A DNA stretch of 36,697 nucleotides from Synergistales bacterium (lineage in GTDB: Bacteria > Synergistota > Synergistia > Synergistales > Thermovirgaceae): the NCBI GenBank assembly GCA_018434645.1, contig JAHDOX010000038.1, positions 1 to 36,697 of the forward strand. The letters are read 5' to 3'. Positions 9,896 to 19,818 of the stretch are shown in pieces (positions within the stretch are counted from its first letter, which is position 1; each line of letters starts with the position of its first letter). The notes under the pieces were generated by a model. It was not told the DNA's origin, did not search any database, and saw only the letters and a list, made by a program, of their open reading frames with translations. A program made the translations under genes and the position numbers.

Positions 9896-10531
9896 ATGGC
9901 GATACGGATAGTTCTGGCCGACGACCATCCTCTTACGCGCGTCGGACTCAGGGACTACCTGCTCAAGGAGGAGGATTTCGAACTCGTAGGCGAGGCCTCC
10001 GACGGTATCGAGGCCGGGAGGCTCATAGAGAGCAAAAAACCTGACGTAGCGCTCCTTGACATAAGGATGCCCGGTGAAAGCGGCGTTTCTCTGGCCCGGA
10101 AAGTCCGGGACCTGTCACCTTCCACTGCTGTCATCATGCTCACCTCCTACGATGCCCAGCAGTACGTCCTCTCTTCCCTCAAGGCGGGGGCAAAGGGGTT
10201 TGTGCTTAAAACAACGACGCCCGAGGACCTGGCCAGGGCGATTCGTATTGTCGCCTCAGGGGGGTTGTACCTTGATTCCGAGGTTTCTCAGGCTATGGAA
10301 AGCCCCGGGTTTTCGCCGGAAAACCTGTCCTCCAGGGAACGTGAAGTTCTGGTCGAGGCGGCAAGAGGCCTTTCAAGCAAGGAGATTGCGGGGAAGCTTT
10401 ACATCAGCGAAAGGACCGTACAAACTCACCTCGGGTCCATTTATGACAAGCTCGGGGCCAGGAACAAGACGGAAGCCATGCTTTTGGCACTCAAATACGG
10501 GGTGGTTTCGCTGGAGGAGTTGCTTGAATGA
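9896..10531 (+). CDS. NarL/LuxR-family DNA-binding response regulator
   Basis: ADDHP, LLDIRMP phosphoacceptor, GFVLK, and a C-terminal LSSREREV...ISERTVQTH HTH. Confidence 0.95.
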   Translation: MAIRIVLADDHPLTRVGLRDYLLKEEDFELVGEASDGIEAGRLIESKKPDVALLDIRMPGESGVSLARKVRDLSPSTAVIMLTSYDAQQYVLSSLKAGAKGFVLKTTTPEDLARAIRIVASGGLYLDSEVSQAMESPGFSPENLSSREREVLVEAARGLSSKEIAGKLYISERTVQTHLGSIYDKLGARNKTEAMLLALKYGVVSLEELLE

Positions 10532-11889
10532 GGCGACATCTTCTGATCCTTTTGACGGTAGCGGTCCTCCTTCCCTCTTTCGCCGCTTTGGTCATAGGCT
10601 GGGTAGGGGTGATCGAACATCAGAAGGCCATGGAAGTGGTGGCCCAGTCCTACGTCAAGGACCTGGCGCAAAATTTCGCCGACCGGATCGAAGCGGGCTG
10701 GGAGACCAGGACGGGTTTCTCGAGAATGGAACGTATGATGAGGTTCCACAGGATGAGCTTCGACCTTTCCATACCCGGCTGGGTTGCGGTGGTGGATTCA
10801 AATGGCCGTTTGCTGCTTTCCACGTCGGGAGCAGATATCCTCACCACGCTCTGGCAGCAGGAAATTCCCATCGGGTCGGCCGTTGACGTCATAAGTTCAG
10901 GGGGGGAGCGCTTTACCCTCGCCGCATACCCTGCCGGCGCGACGGGCTGGTTTGTCATAGCCGCTGTTTCGTGGAATGAGCTTCTGGGGCCAATGCTGGC
11001 TTTCAACCGCTGGCCCTTTTACGTAGGGCTCACGGGGCTTTTGGGGCTTCTTTCGGTATACGCCCTGTGGCGCTGGCTTGTTTCCCCATTGCGCTTTCTG
11101 GAGGCGGAAGTTTCCGTACTTAAGTGGGGTAAGGAAGTGCCGGTTCGTGATGATCCCAAAGCGGTCTTCGAGCTTCGGAGACTGCGCCAGGTCCTGTACC
11201 AGCTGGCCCTTTCCGCGATGGAACGGGCGAAACTTATGAAACGTTACGTCAGCGATATCGTTCGGGTCCAGGAAGAGGAAAGGTCCAAACTGGCACGTGA
11301 AATTCACGATGGGCCGCTTCAGGATGTTACAGCCCTGATCCAGCAGCTTCGGCTGGCGACGTCTGAAGTGAAAAGGGAAGAATCGGTCGACAGGCTCCAT
11401 CTCGCTGAAGAGGGGGCCATTCATGTGGTACGTGAGCTGCGTTCCCTTTGCGACGAACTTTCGCCGCCCTGGCTCGATCTTGGACTAGCCCAGGCCCTTC
11501 AGGAGCTGGCCGACAGGTTCTCAAGGCATCTCGGCATTTCCGTGAGCCTGGAAGTCGATGGAGAAATTCCCCTCTCCCGTGAGGAAACCCTCGCGTTTTT
11601 CAGGGTAGTCCAGGAAGCAGTGCACAACTCGTTCAGGCATGGGAACGCGGATTCCGTGGTGATAAGGCTTTTCGAGGAAGACGGGATGGCCGTGCTCGAA
11701 GTCGTGGACGACGGGAAGGGCTTTGATTTGGAAGTGGACGTGGAATCCCTGCGAGTCAGCGGTCACCGTGGACTCGCCAACATGAACGAGCGCATGAGCC
11801 TCATAGGCGGGACGCTCGATATAAAGTCCACTCCGGGAGAAGGGACCACAGTCAGGTGTTCGGTGCCGATCACTTCCGCTTCTGCCTGA
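10528..11889 (+). CDS. Membrane sensor histidine kinase (HisKA_3 type)
   Basis: Two TM helices, EERSKLAREIHDGPLQ H-box, QEAVHNSFRHG N-box, DDGKGF and GLANMNER; ATGA overlap with the regulator. Confidence 0.95.
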   Translation: MRRHLLILLTVAVLLPSFAALVIGWVGVIEHQKAMEVVAQSYVKDLAQNFADRIEAGWETRTGFSRMERMMRFHRMSFDLSIPGWVAVVDSNGRLLLSTSGADILTTLWQQEIPIGSAVDVISSGGERFTLAAYPAGATGWFVIAAVSWNELLGPMLAFNRWPFYVGLTGLLGLLSVYALWRWLVSPLRFLEAEVSVLKWGKEVPVRDDPKAVFELRRLRQVLYQLALSAMERAKLMKRYVSDIVRVQEEERSKLAREIHDGPLQDVTALIQQLRLATSEVKREESVDRLHLAEEGAIHVVRELRSLCDELSPPWLDLGLAQALQELADRFSRHLGISVSLEVDGEIPLSREETLAFFRVVQEAVHNSFRHGNADSVVIRLFEEDGMAVLEVVDDGKGFDLEVDVESLRVSGHRGLANMNERMSLIGGTLDIKSTPGEGTTVRCSVPITSASA

Positions 11890-12385
11890 AGTGGCCGCCC
11901 CATACTCCCCTTACGTCGGAGACGAAAACGAAACCTGTACTGCCTATCATGTTCGAGATATGAGGGATCTCCGAGCGCTGGCACAGTATCTTGAGTATGA
12001 GCCTGTCGCCCGCTTTACCCTCTCCATGGATGACGGTGGTTCCGAAGCCTTCTGACCTAAGGTCCTCCACCAGGATGAGGGAGGACTCGGTTTCCGGAGC
12101 GATCACTTCGACCAGGACATAGGCGCTCATGAGCTTTGACTCGAGGAATATGCCAAGGTAGTTTCCCGCAGCAAACCCCCCGGCGTAAGCGACGATCTGA
12201 AGCGGTGATGTTATGCCGTTTTTGAGGACGTATCCCAGTGCGAGAAGGTATATGCCTGACTCGAAGAACGCGGTAACAGCAGCCTGGGCTTTTTTCCCCT
12301 TGACGAGAAGCAGTATCCTGAACGTCCCGAGGGAGACATCCATAAGGCGCGAGCAGAAGATGAGTAAAAGTCCGATCAGGTCCAT
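11870..12385 (-). CDS. UPF0316/DUF5698 membrane protein with C-terminal PII-like (DUF2179) domain
   Basis: DVSLGTFR, AFFE, YAGGFAAGNYLG and GFGTT...GEG motifs; GGAGG RBS before ATG 12385. Confidence 0.85.
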   Translation of the reverse strand: MDLIGLLLIFCSRLMDVSLGTFRILLLVKGKKAQAAVTAFFESGIYLLALGYVLKNGITSPLQIVAYAGGFAAGNYLGIFLESKLMSAYVLVEVIAPETESSLILVEDLRSEGFGTTVIHGEGKAGDRLILKILCQRSEIPHISNMIGSTGFVFVSDVRGVWGGHFRQKRK

Positions 12386-12542
12386 GATTCCTCCACGGTC
12401 CCGTCCGTATGGTTTTTGTGGACGGCAAGCACATAACATCTTAGTATAAAATGAATGAGTTTGACAGCCCGAAGAAAAGAGAAAGAGATCGGATAATAAG
12501 TTCGTCCAGCGAAGGGAGGGAGCCCCTTAAAGGGGCGAAATC

Positions 12543-14156
12543 ATGCGAATACGCGTTCTTGGTGCTGCCGGAGAGGTAACCGGGTCCAACTATCTTCTCG
12601 ATGTGGGAGGGAAAAGGGTACTTGTGGACTGCGGCCTTTATCAGGGTGGGGATCAGGAAAAAAACAGGGAGCCACTGGGTTTTGAACCCTCAGAGCTTGC
12701 GGCGGTAATACTTACCCATGCACACCTGGACCATACCGGGCGGGTTCCACTTCTCGCAAGGCAAGGATTCAAGGGCCCTGTCTATGGCACCAGACCGACT
12801 CTGGAACTCTCGGAAGTCCTCTGGGAAGACGCGGCGCGTCTGCAAAAAGAGGACGCAGAGTGGAAAACCAGGAAAAACCAGCGAAAGGGACTGTCTCCAG
12901 TGGAGCCTCTTTTTACCGAAGAGGACGCCAGGCAGGCTTTGGGGCAGTTAAAGTCGGGCAGTTATGACGATGTGATCGACATCGCCGAGGGTGTCAGGGT
13001 CAGATTCAGGGATGCCGGGCATATCCTGGGCAGCGCCAACCTTGAACTGTGGCTTGCCGAAGGCGAAGAGGAGGTCAAGATCGTCTTTTCCGGCGACCTG
13101 GGGCCTCAAAAGACCGTTTTGGAACGCAATCCTTCCTTCATCGAAGAGGCCGATTACGTGGTTATCGAATCCACCTACGGCAACCGGGAGCACAAGACCA
13201 ACGAGGAAAGCCGGGAAGAATTCCGCCAGACGATGCGGACAATGCTTAAGGATCACGGCAAGGTGCTTGTTCCCACCTTTGTCGTGGACAGAGCCCAAAG
13301 GGTGCTGTACGAATTGACGCTCATGCAGCTTGAAGGCATACTTCCGGATAACGTACCCATCTATTTCGATTCACCCATGGGGTTGAAGGCTACCGAAATC
13401 TACAACGAACACGTTGCCCTGCTCTCGAGCGAAATCCAGGATCAGATACGAAACGGCACGGATCCCTTTTCGCCGAAACAATTGCGTATAGTCGAAAGTG
13501 TTGAAGAATCAAAGGCGATAAACTCCGTAAGGCACGCCATTGTCCTCGCCGGTAGCGGCATGTGTACAGGGGGTCGTATAGTCCATCATCTGAAGAACAA
13601 TCTGTACAAGGAAGACACCCACGTCGTTTTTGTCGGTTACCAGGCAAGGGGTACTTTGGGACGCAGAATAGTGGAAGGAGCCAGGACCGTCAGGGTGGCG
13701 GGGGAGGAAGTGGCAGTAAATGCCCAAATACACACCATCAACGGGTTTTCCGCTCACGCTGACCGCAGGGACCTTTTGGCATGGGCACGTAACTTCAGTA
13801 CGAAACCCACTTTCTTCATCACTCACGGTGAGGAAGAGTCCGCCGAGGCTCTTGCCAGGAATCTGGAAGAAGAAGGTTTTAAAGCCGTAATACCTGTGCT
13901 GGGGCAGGGATTTGAGCTTAAGCCGAGTCGGGAGGCGGTTGCCGCCGGGACAATCGGTGCGTTCAGAGGCTTTAAAACGGGCAAGTCGGAAGCGGACGCC
14001 CTGCTTTCTGAGATAGAGGCCGTTACTTCACTCCTTCGAGGCAAGAAGGGGTTAGAACGAGGGGAGTACATCAACCTGCTTTCATCGGCTCACACCCTTC
14101 TGGAAACCGTCAGGGACAAGATAGAGGAGACCGGCGGGGGAGAAACGGTTTTGTAA
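12543..14156 (+). CDS. MBL-fold beta-CASP ribonuclease
   Basis: VTGS, DCG, THAHLDH, AGHILG, FSGDLG, ESTYG, SGMCTGGR and FSAHAD motifs. Confidence 0.94.
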   Translation: MRIRVLGAAGEVTGSNYLLDVGGKRVLVDCGLYQGGDQEKNREPLGFEPSELAAVILTHAHLDHTGRVPLLARQGFKGPVYGTRPTLELSEVLWEDAARLQKEDAEWKTRKNQRKGLSPVEPLFTEEDARQALGQLKSGSYDDVIDIAEGVRVRFRDAGHILGSANLELWLAEGEEEVKIVFSGDLGPQKTVLERNPSFIEEADYVVIESTYGNREHKTNEESREEFRQTMRTMLKDHGKVLVPTFVVDRAQRVLYELTLMQLEGILPDNVPIYFDSPMGLKATEIYNEHVALLSSEIQDQIRNGTDPFSPKQLRIVESVEESKAINSVRHAIVLAGSGMCTGGRIVHHLKNNLYKEDTHVVFVGYQARGTLGRRIVEGARTVRVAGEEVAVNAQIHTINGFSAHADRRDLLAWARNFSTKPTFFITHGEEESAEALARNLEEEGFKAVIPVLGQGFELKPSREAVAAGTIGAFRGFKTGKSEADALLSEIEAVTSLLRGKKGLERGEYINLLSSAHTLLETVRDKIEETGGGETVL

Positions 14157-14228
14157 AAAACCGAAAAGGACCTTGGTGAGCATTTTGAACGCGGAAGAGT
14201 AAATTACCTCGTGAGGAGGTTTCGATAT

Positions 14229-15701
14229 ATGCGCAAGGGGATCTATTTCTGGTTCACCATAATTTTTGCGGCCGCTGTCATAGCGGGCGGCTACATATAT
14301 TTCGGGCACAGGCCGGTAACACTGACAGTGTCCGAAGTCCTGCCGGCGGTTGGAGAGAGCTTACCGTACGTTCTGGTCATTGCGCCGGGAGACCAGATAG
14401 GGGCCGAAATCCCGGAAGAAGTCGTCCGAAAGGCTCCCTTGCGGTCAAAGCCCTATTACCGGCTGATGCGCGGGTTGTTGCCTTTGGCAGGGTTTTCGAA
14501 AGAATCGGCGCTTTTGGCCGCGGGAGCGAGGGATACCGGAAAGGCCGAATTGTACGGCGCCTTCCTTTTTACCATTAAGGAAACATCCGCCCTTTCCACG
14601 GGGCGGGTTCCCGAAAACTGGAAGGAAGCGCTTCCTGAAGCGTCTTTGGGAAAAACCGGGAACAGGTCCCTTTTGAGACTGGGTGCCGATGCCCCTGAAT
14701 TGTATTTTATTACCCGGGGCGACATGCTGCTTGTGTCCCTGGAAGAGGCCGGCATCGACAGGATGATTGAAGCCATCGACGACCCCGTTTCAAGGATGAA
14801 TGTCTCCTGGAAATTGGAAACTGCCTGGCCGGGGCATTTCCTGTTTAACGACGGTGGAGTCCTGGCCGAAAAGGCGTCTTTAAAAGGTCTTGACGTGGGC
14901 TCTGATGTCCTAAGGCTCGAAGCGGCCTGGAAGAAAACGTCAGACGAGGGCCTTTTGGCCTGGTCTGTAGACGGGATCGAAGGGTGGATACCGGCCGAGA
15001 TTGGTAAAGCCCTGAAGGGTCACTTTTGGCGGGAGGAGCTTTACATGCCCGAACCTCTCATCCTTGCGGCCGGCTTTAACATACCCCGGGTCGTACCCGG
15101 CGGGTCAAAACTTTGGGGCGAGCTTTCCGAAGCTGCGGAAACGATTGGCGTCGGGGCGAGCCTTTTGGCTAGGGTCCTGGAAGGTCCTGCCTTGTTAGTA
15201 ATCGGCGGACGCAGTCGCCTGCTTCTGGCAGATTTACCGGGTTTTTTGCTGGAATTGCCCGACAGGGGTAAAGATGGAATCGAACTGGTGGAGGCCTTGT
15301 GGGAAAGGGACTTCATGCGGGTTCCAATGGAACCCCGGCCCCTAAATGGATTCGAGGCCGGAGGAAGCCTTTCGATCCCACTTTCCGTAGTCGGGGCCGC
15401 GTCGGAAGATTTGGTCGTTATGGGGGCCATGGATGTGTCTAAACTCGGCGAACTCCTTCCACCGAAGGACGTAGTCGATCTCCCCGAAAGTGCGTTGGCG
15501 TGGATTTATGTCGATTTCCCGAAAGCGGCGGAAGCCTTGAGGAACCTGGGCACGGCGGGAAGCCTGGCCCAAAGGATAGGCATTTCCGGAGGAGAAGGCC
15601 TGGAAGAACTTGCCGAATCCGTTGAAAGGCTCACCCAACTGGGTAAAATCCTGGTGATTATGGAGGATTATAAAACGGGACGAATCAGGTGGGAACAGTA
15701 A
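14229..15701 (+). CDS. Hypothetical membrane-anchored or exported protein
   Basis: About 490-aa ORF with a GAGGAGG RBS and a single N-terminal TM helix. No recognised domain. Confidence 0.75.
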   Translation: MRKGIYFWFTIIFAAAVIAGGYIYFGHRPVTLTVSEVLPAVGESLPYVLVIAPGDQIGAEIPEEVVRKAPLRSKPYYRLMRGLLPLAGFSKESALLAAGARDTGKAELYGAFLFTIKETSALSTGRVPENWKEALPEASLGKTGNRSLLRLGADAPELYFITRGDMLLVSLEEAGIDRMIEAIDDPVSRMNVSWKLETAWPGHFLFNDGGVLAEKASLKGLDVGSDVLRLEAAWKKTSDEGLLAWSVDGIEGWIPAEIGKALKGHFWREELYMPEPLILAAGFNIPRVVPGGSKLWGELSEAAETIGVGASLLARVLEGPALLVIGGRSRLLLADLPGFLLELPDRGKDGIELVEALWERDFMRVPMEPRPLNGFEAGGSLSIPLSVVGAASEDLVVMGAMDVSKLGELLPPKDVVDLPESALAWIYVDFPKAAEALRNLGTAGSLAQRIGISGGEGLEELAESVERLTQLGKILVIMEDYKTGRIRWEQ

Positions 15702-15795
15702 AACCGGATGTACATGACACGCCCCTTAAAATCGGTGCGACAAAAAACTTGAAAAAGACCTTCGTTGAAGAAGGAAAATGCGGGAGGTAGGGAAA

Positions 15796-17079
15796 ATGCC
15801 TGAAAACACCCTTGTCGTTCTTGAAGAAAGAGGCTGTGTGGAATGGTGCAGCAGCCCCGAAGAACTGACGTCATTGTTTGAAGAGGAAATGGTTACAGGG
15901 TACGTGGGTTTCGATCCTACGGCCGACAGCCTGCACGTGGGCCATCTTATTCCCATAATGGGACTGGCCTGGATGCAGAGACTAGGCCACAGACCGGTGG
16001 CCATCGCCGGGGGAGGAACGGGGCTTATAGGTGACCCTTCGGGAAAGAGCAAGGAGAGGAACCTGTTGACACTGGAGCAGGTGGAAAAAAACATGGAAAA
16101 GGTCAAGGAGCAGTTCAAGCGGTTTCTTGATTTCGATTGCGGTGTCAATTCGGCTTTGATCATCAACAATTACGACTGGCTAGGCAAGCTTGGCCTCACA
16201 GAGTTTTTGACGGACACGGGCAAGCACTTTACGGTGAATTACATGATCAACCGCGAATACGTAAAAAGCCGACTGGAAGACCCGGAAAAATCCATTTCCT
16301 ACACGGAGTTTTCCTATATGCTCCTTCAGGCCTACGACTTCTTCCACCTTTTCAATGAAATAGGCTGCAAGCTGCAGATGGGCGGGAACGACCAGCAGGG
16401 CAACATTATAGCCGGCATAGATCTCATAAGGAAAAAGACGGGGGGACAGGCCTTCGGAATTACTTACCCGCTGCTTTTGACAGCCACGGGCCAGAAGTTC
16501 GGCAAGACCGAGGAAGGAACGGTGTGGTTGTCGGCGGAGCGGACGTCGCCTTACAAGTTTTACCAGTTTTGGATCAACGCAGACGACCGGGATGTGGAAA
16601 AATTCCTGAAGCTTTTCACCTTCCTGCCCCTTGACGGGATAAAAGATCTGATGGAACGGCACCGGGAAAGGCCTTCAAACCGTGAAGCCCAGCGGGTTTT
16701 GGCCTGGGAGGTAACCAGCGCTGTTCACGGCGAAAAAGCGGCCTCATCGGCAAAAAGGGCGAGTGAGATCCTGTTCGGCAGCGACTTCGACCCTTCTGAA
16801 CTGGACGGCGAAATGGTCTCGATATTGCACCGGGAAGTCCCCACCGGGCGACTGGATGCCGACCCGGAAGACATAGTGGACGCCCTCGTGGCCTGTGGTG
16901 CCTGCAAGAGCAAGGGAGAGGCGCGCCGCCTGATACGCGGGGGAGGAGTCAGCCTTAACGGTAGAAAAGTGGAAACCGAGGATGCCTCCCTTTCGTCCGC
17001 GGATTTCCTCGGTGGGCGGTTCCTTTTCTTCCGTCTGGGCAAAAAAAGGTTCCACATAGCCGAAAGAGCCAATCTTTGA
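15796..17079 (+). CDS. tyrS: Tyrosine--tRNA ligase
   Basis: GFDPTADSLHVGH, YMLLQAYDF, GGNDQQGNI, KFGKT and a C-terminal S4 domain. Confidence 0.97.
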   Translation: MPENTLVVLEERGCVEWCSSPEELTSLFEEEMVTGYVGFDPTADSLHVGHLIPIMGLAWMQRLGHRPVAIAGGGTGLIGDPSGKSKERNLLTLEQVEKNMEKVKEQFKRFLDFDCGVNSALIINNYDWLGKLGLTEFLTDTGKHFTVNYMINREYVKSRLEDPEKSISYTEFSYMLLQAYDFFHLFNEIGCKLQMGGNDQQGNIIAGIDLIRKKTGGQAFGITYPLLLTATGQKFGKTEEGTVWLSAERTSPYKFYQFWINADDRDVEKFLKLFTFLPLDGIKDLMERHRERPSNREAQRVLAWEVTSAVHGEKAASSAKRASEILFGSDFDPSELDGEMVSILHREVPTGRLDADPEDIVDALVACGACKSKGEARRLIRGGGVSLNGRKVETEDASLSSADFLGGRFLFFRLGKKRFHIAERANL

Positions 17080-17127
17080 CTGGTCACACAAGGACCGGGG
17101 AAAATGCTACCAGAAGGCTGGTGAAGG

Positions 17128-17979
17128 GTGCTGACGTGGCAGTGCGGTTTACTTGAAGGTTTGAGACGCTTCCTTGCGCCGGGGCCGCGGGCCCGTTTCA
17201 CGGCAAGCGTGCTTTCTGGTCTTCTAAGGGTTTACGGGCCCAGAAAGGAAGTCGCTCTCACCAATATGGCCATAACCTTTCCGGAATGGGACATCGCCGA
17301 AAGGAAAAAACTGCTGCGTCGGGTTTACCGCCATTTTGCCTGGATACTCGTGGAGTACCTCGCGACGCTGAATGACCCCGCCTCGGTGCTGGAGTGGTTC
17401 GTGGAGACGGAAGGCAAAAAACTGCTTGACGAGGCCGCAGAAAGCAAAAAAGGAGCGGTCCTCCTTTTCGGCCATTTCGGAAACTGGGAACTTCTCGGAG
17501 GATGGCTGGCCTTTTCAGGGTATCCTATCGATGCCATGGTCAGAGAACCGGAAAACCCTGAACTGCGGGATCTTTTGGAAAGTTACAGGAGCCGCATGGG
17601 CATGGGGACCATAGGCAAGGATTCGTCCCGTGAGCCCATCAAGCGGTTGAAGCATGGCAGGTTTGTCGGAATAGCCGGAGATCAGCACTGGGGAAAGATG
17701 GGAATTGACGTCCCCTTCTTTGGCAGGGACTGCAGCACGGCACCGGGGCCCGCGGCCTACGCTCTTCTTTCGGGGGCCCCGGTGATACCTATCGTGGCCT
17801 ACAGGCTGGCCCCGTTTCGCTACCGTTTTGAAGCCCAGGAGCCGATCGGTGTTCCCGAAGAAGGATCAAGGGAAGAAAAGATCCGGCGAATGACCATTGA
17901 GGCCAACATTGCCCTGGAAAGGATGATACGCCGGGCACCGGAGCAATGGCTCTGGATGCACCGGCGCTGGAGGGACTAA
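17128..17979 (+). CDS. Lipid A lauroyl/myristoyl acyltransferase family (LpxL/HtrB-like)
   Basis: GHFGNWE, GDQ, VPFFG and PEQWLWMHRRW motifs. Start codon uncertain. Confidence 0.9.
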   Translation: MLTWQCGLLEGLRRFLAPGPRARFTASVLSGLLRVYGPRKEVALTNMAITFPEWDIAERKKLLRRVYRHFAWILVEYLATLNDPASVLEWFVETEGKKLLDEAAESKKGAVLLFGHFGNWELLGGWLAFSGYPIDAMVREPENPELRDLLESYRSRMGMGTIGKDSSREPIKRLKHGRFVGIAGDQHWGKMGIDVPFFGRDCSTAPGPAAYALLSGAPVIPIVAYRLAPFRYRFEAQEPIGVPEEGSREEKIRRMTIEANIALERMIRRAPEQWLWMHRRWRD

Positions 17980-18170
17980 AGAGATTGTTTCTCGCAAAAA
18001 AGCGTTCCCGCTGCGGCGTAGTTTTCTCTCGACATTTCGGAAAGAATGATCCGCACCGTTTCGGGCTTCACGTCCAGGCTTTCGCAGACGGCTCTCGTTA
18101 CGTTTTTGACGAGGGCCTTCTTTTTCCCCAGGTCTCGCCCTTCAAGCATATGTATCTCGATGACTGGCAT
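17976..18170 (-). CDS. 4-oxalocrotonate tautomerase family protein
   Basis: 64 aa starting M-P (catalytic Pro1), LEGR...KKALV...; GGAGGTGA RBS; lies downstream of mnmE. Confidence 0.9.
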   Translation of the reverse strand: MPVIEIHMLEGRDLGKKKALVKNVTRAVCESLDVKPETVRIILSEMSRENYAAAGTLFCEKQSL

Positions 18171-18210
18171 TCGGCTTTCACCTCCTTCAGTCTCTTCTGG
18201 ATTTGATCTT

Positions 18211-19578
18211 TCATTTGCCGATGCAGAAATTCTGGAAGATCGTATCGAGGAGCGAATCATCGGCTGCAATGCCCAAGATCCTCTCCAGGCATTTCCTCGC
18301 GTCCAGAAGCCCCGCTGCGGCGGCATCCTCGCCTGGTCCTGACGCAAAGGCTTCGAGGGAATGCTTTACGGCCTCCAAGGCGAGGCGAAGCTCATCCAGC
18401 TGGCGGGCCGTCGTATTGAGCCCCTCGTCGAGGGTCCCTTCCCCCAGAAAAAGCGATACAACATCTTCTTTGAGTTCCTCCACGCCCGAACCGGTCTGGG
18501 CGGAGATTATCCTGACGGGGCTTTCCGGAAGCAGGGACCGGACCTGACTTTCCTTCACGATCAGGGGAAGATCGGCCTTGTTCACTGCTACGATGTGAGG
18601 CTTGTCCCCGAGATGGGAGGCGATCTCGCGATCCTCTTCTGTTAGCGGTTCGTTTCCGTCTATGACCCAAATCCTGACGTCCGACTCACGGAGGGCGTTG
18701 CGAGCCCTCGCCACGCCTATGGCCTCCACCTCGTCGGAAGGGTGTCTGATTCCCGCTGTATCCACTAGCCTGAGTGGGACCCCCTTGTGGGTGAGGACCT
18801 CCTCGATGATGTCCCGTGTTGTCCCGGGTATGGACGTTACTATGGCCCTCGCTTCCGAAAGGAACGCGTTGAGCAGTGAGGATTTCCCGACATTCGGGCG
18901 TCCGACCAGGGCAACCCGGATTCCTTCGCGCAGTAGGTTCCCGCTTGCAGCCCGCCTGGTCAAACCGGACAGACGGTCTGATATTTCATGGAGCCGCCCG
19001 GCCGCTTCCTCTTTTTCCAAAAGCGGTATGTCCTCCTCGGGAAAGTCAAGCCCCGCCTCCACAAGGGCGCTGAACTCCAGGAGCCCTTCGTAGATATCCC
19101 TGACCTGCTTCGAGAAATCCCCGGAAAGGCTCCTTGCGGCAGCCTTGAGGGCTTCCGCGCTTCTGGCGCGGATGAGTCCGATAACCGCTTCGGCCTGTGC
19201 GAGGTCGATGCGTCCGTTCAAAAACGCCCTCCGGGTGAATTCTCCCGGGCCTGCCATTCGGGCGCCCCTTGCAAGTACTTCCTCAAGACATCTGCGAACA
19301 GCCAGGGACCCGCCGTGGCAGTGAATTTCGGCCACCTCCTCGCCCGTGTAACTGTAAGGAGCCTTGAACCACACGGCCAAAACCTCGTCGATGACTTCCC
19401 CCGAAGCGTCTCTTATACGGCCGTAGTTCATGAATCTCGGCGGGCTTTGAGAAAGCGGCCTGGTGCCCCGGAAAAAGCCGTCCACGAGGTCGCGGGCACC
19501 TGCCCCCGAAATCTTTACGATCCCGATACCCGCTTCGCCCCAGGCCGTAGCTACCGCTGCTATGATATCGCTGTTCAT
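18211..19578 (-). CDS. mnmE: tRNA modification GTPase MnmE
   Basis: SYTGE, HGG, GEFTRRAFLNG, GRPNVGKSS, GTTRD, DTAG, NKAD and C-terminal FCIGK. Confidence 0.98.
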   Translation of the reverse strand: MNSDIIAAVATAWGEAGIGIVKISGAGARDLVDGFFRGTRPLSQSPPRFMNYGRIRDASGEVIDEVLAVWFKAPYSYTGEEVAEIHCHGGSLAVRRCLEEVLARGARMAGPGEFTRRAFLNGRIDLAQAEAVIGLIRARSAEALKAAARSLSGDFSKQVRDIYEGLLEFSALVEAGLDFPEEDIPLLEKEEAAGRLHEISDRLSGLTRRAASGNLLREGIRVALVGRPNVGKSSLLNAFLSEARAIVTSIPGTTRDIIEEVLTHKGVPLRLVDTAGIRHPSDEVEAIGVARARNALRESDVRIWVIDGNEPLTEEDREIASHLGDKPHIVAVNKADLPLIVKESQVRSLLPESPVRIISAQTGSGVEELKEDVVSLFLGEGTLDEGLNTTARQLDELRLALEAVKHSLEAFASGPGEDAAAAGLLDARKCLERILGIAADDSLLDTIFQNFCIGK

Positions 19579-19818
19579 TGCCGCCCTCCGATATGCTTTT
19601 TTCCTTTATGCCTAGATCATACGACAAGTCACCTTGCATGAACATGCAAGAAATTCAGGATGTGCCCCGCAAGATCGACTTCGACATCTATAACGCTTTT
19701 TTTGACTGCTGACCGGGTACGTTTTTCATGATAACTTTGATGTAATCGAAGCTTTCAGGATAGCGGCATAGAGGTGGGCAAGCTTCACTTTGGCCAAGCA
19801 GGCGAAGAAAGGGGAAGC

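Noticed and set aside
15702-15795. T-box leader for tyrS
   Set aside because: The intergenic space is under 100 nt, with no T-box motif or terminator.
17104-17127. In-frame ATG...TGA upstream of the LpxL-like gene as a second Sec readthrough
   Set aside because: No redox-motif context or clear SECIS, and the family is not known to use Sec. More likely start-site ambiguity.
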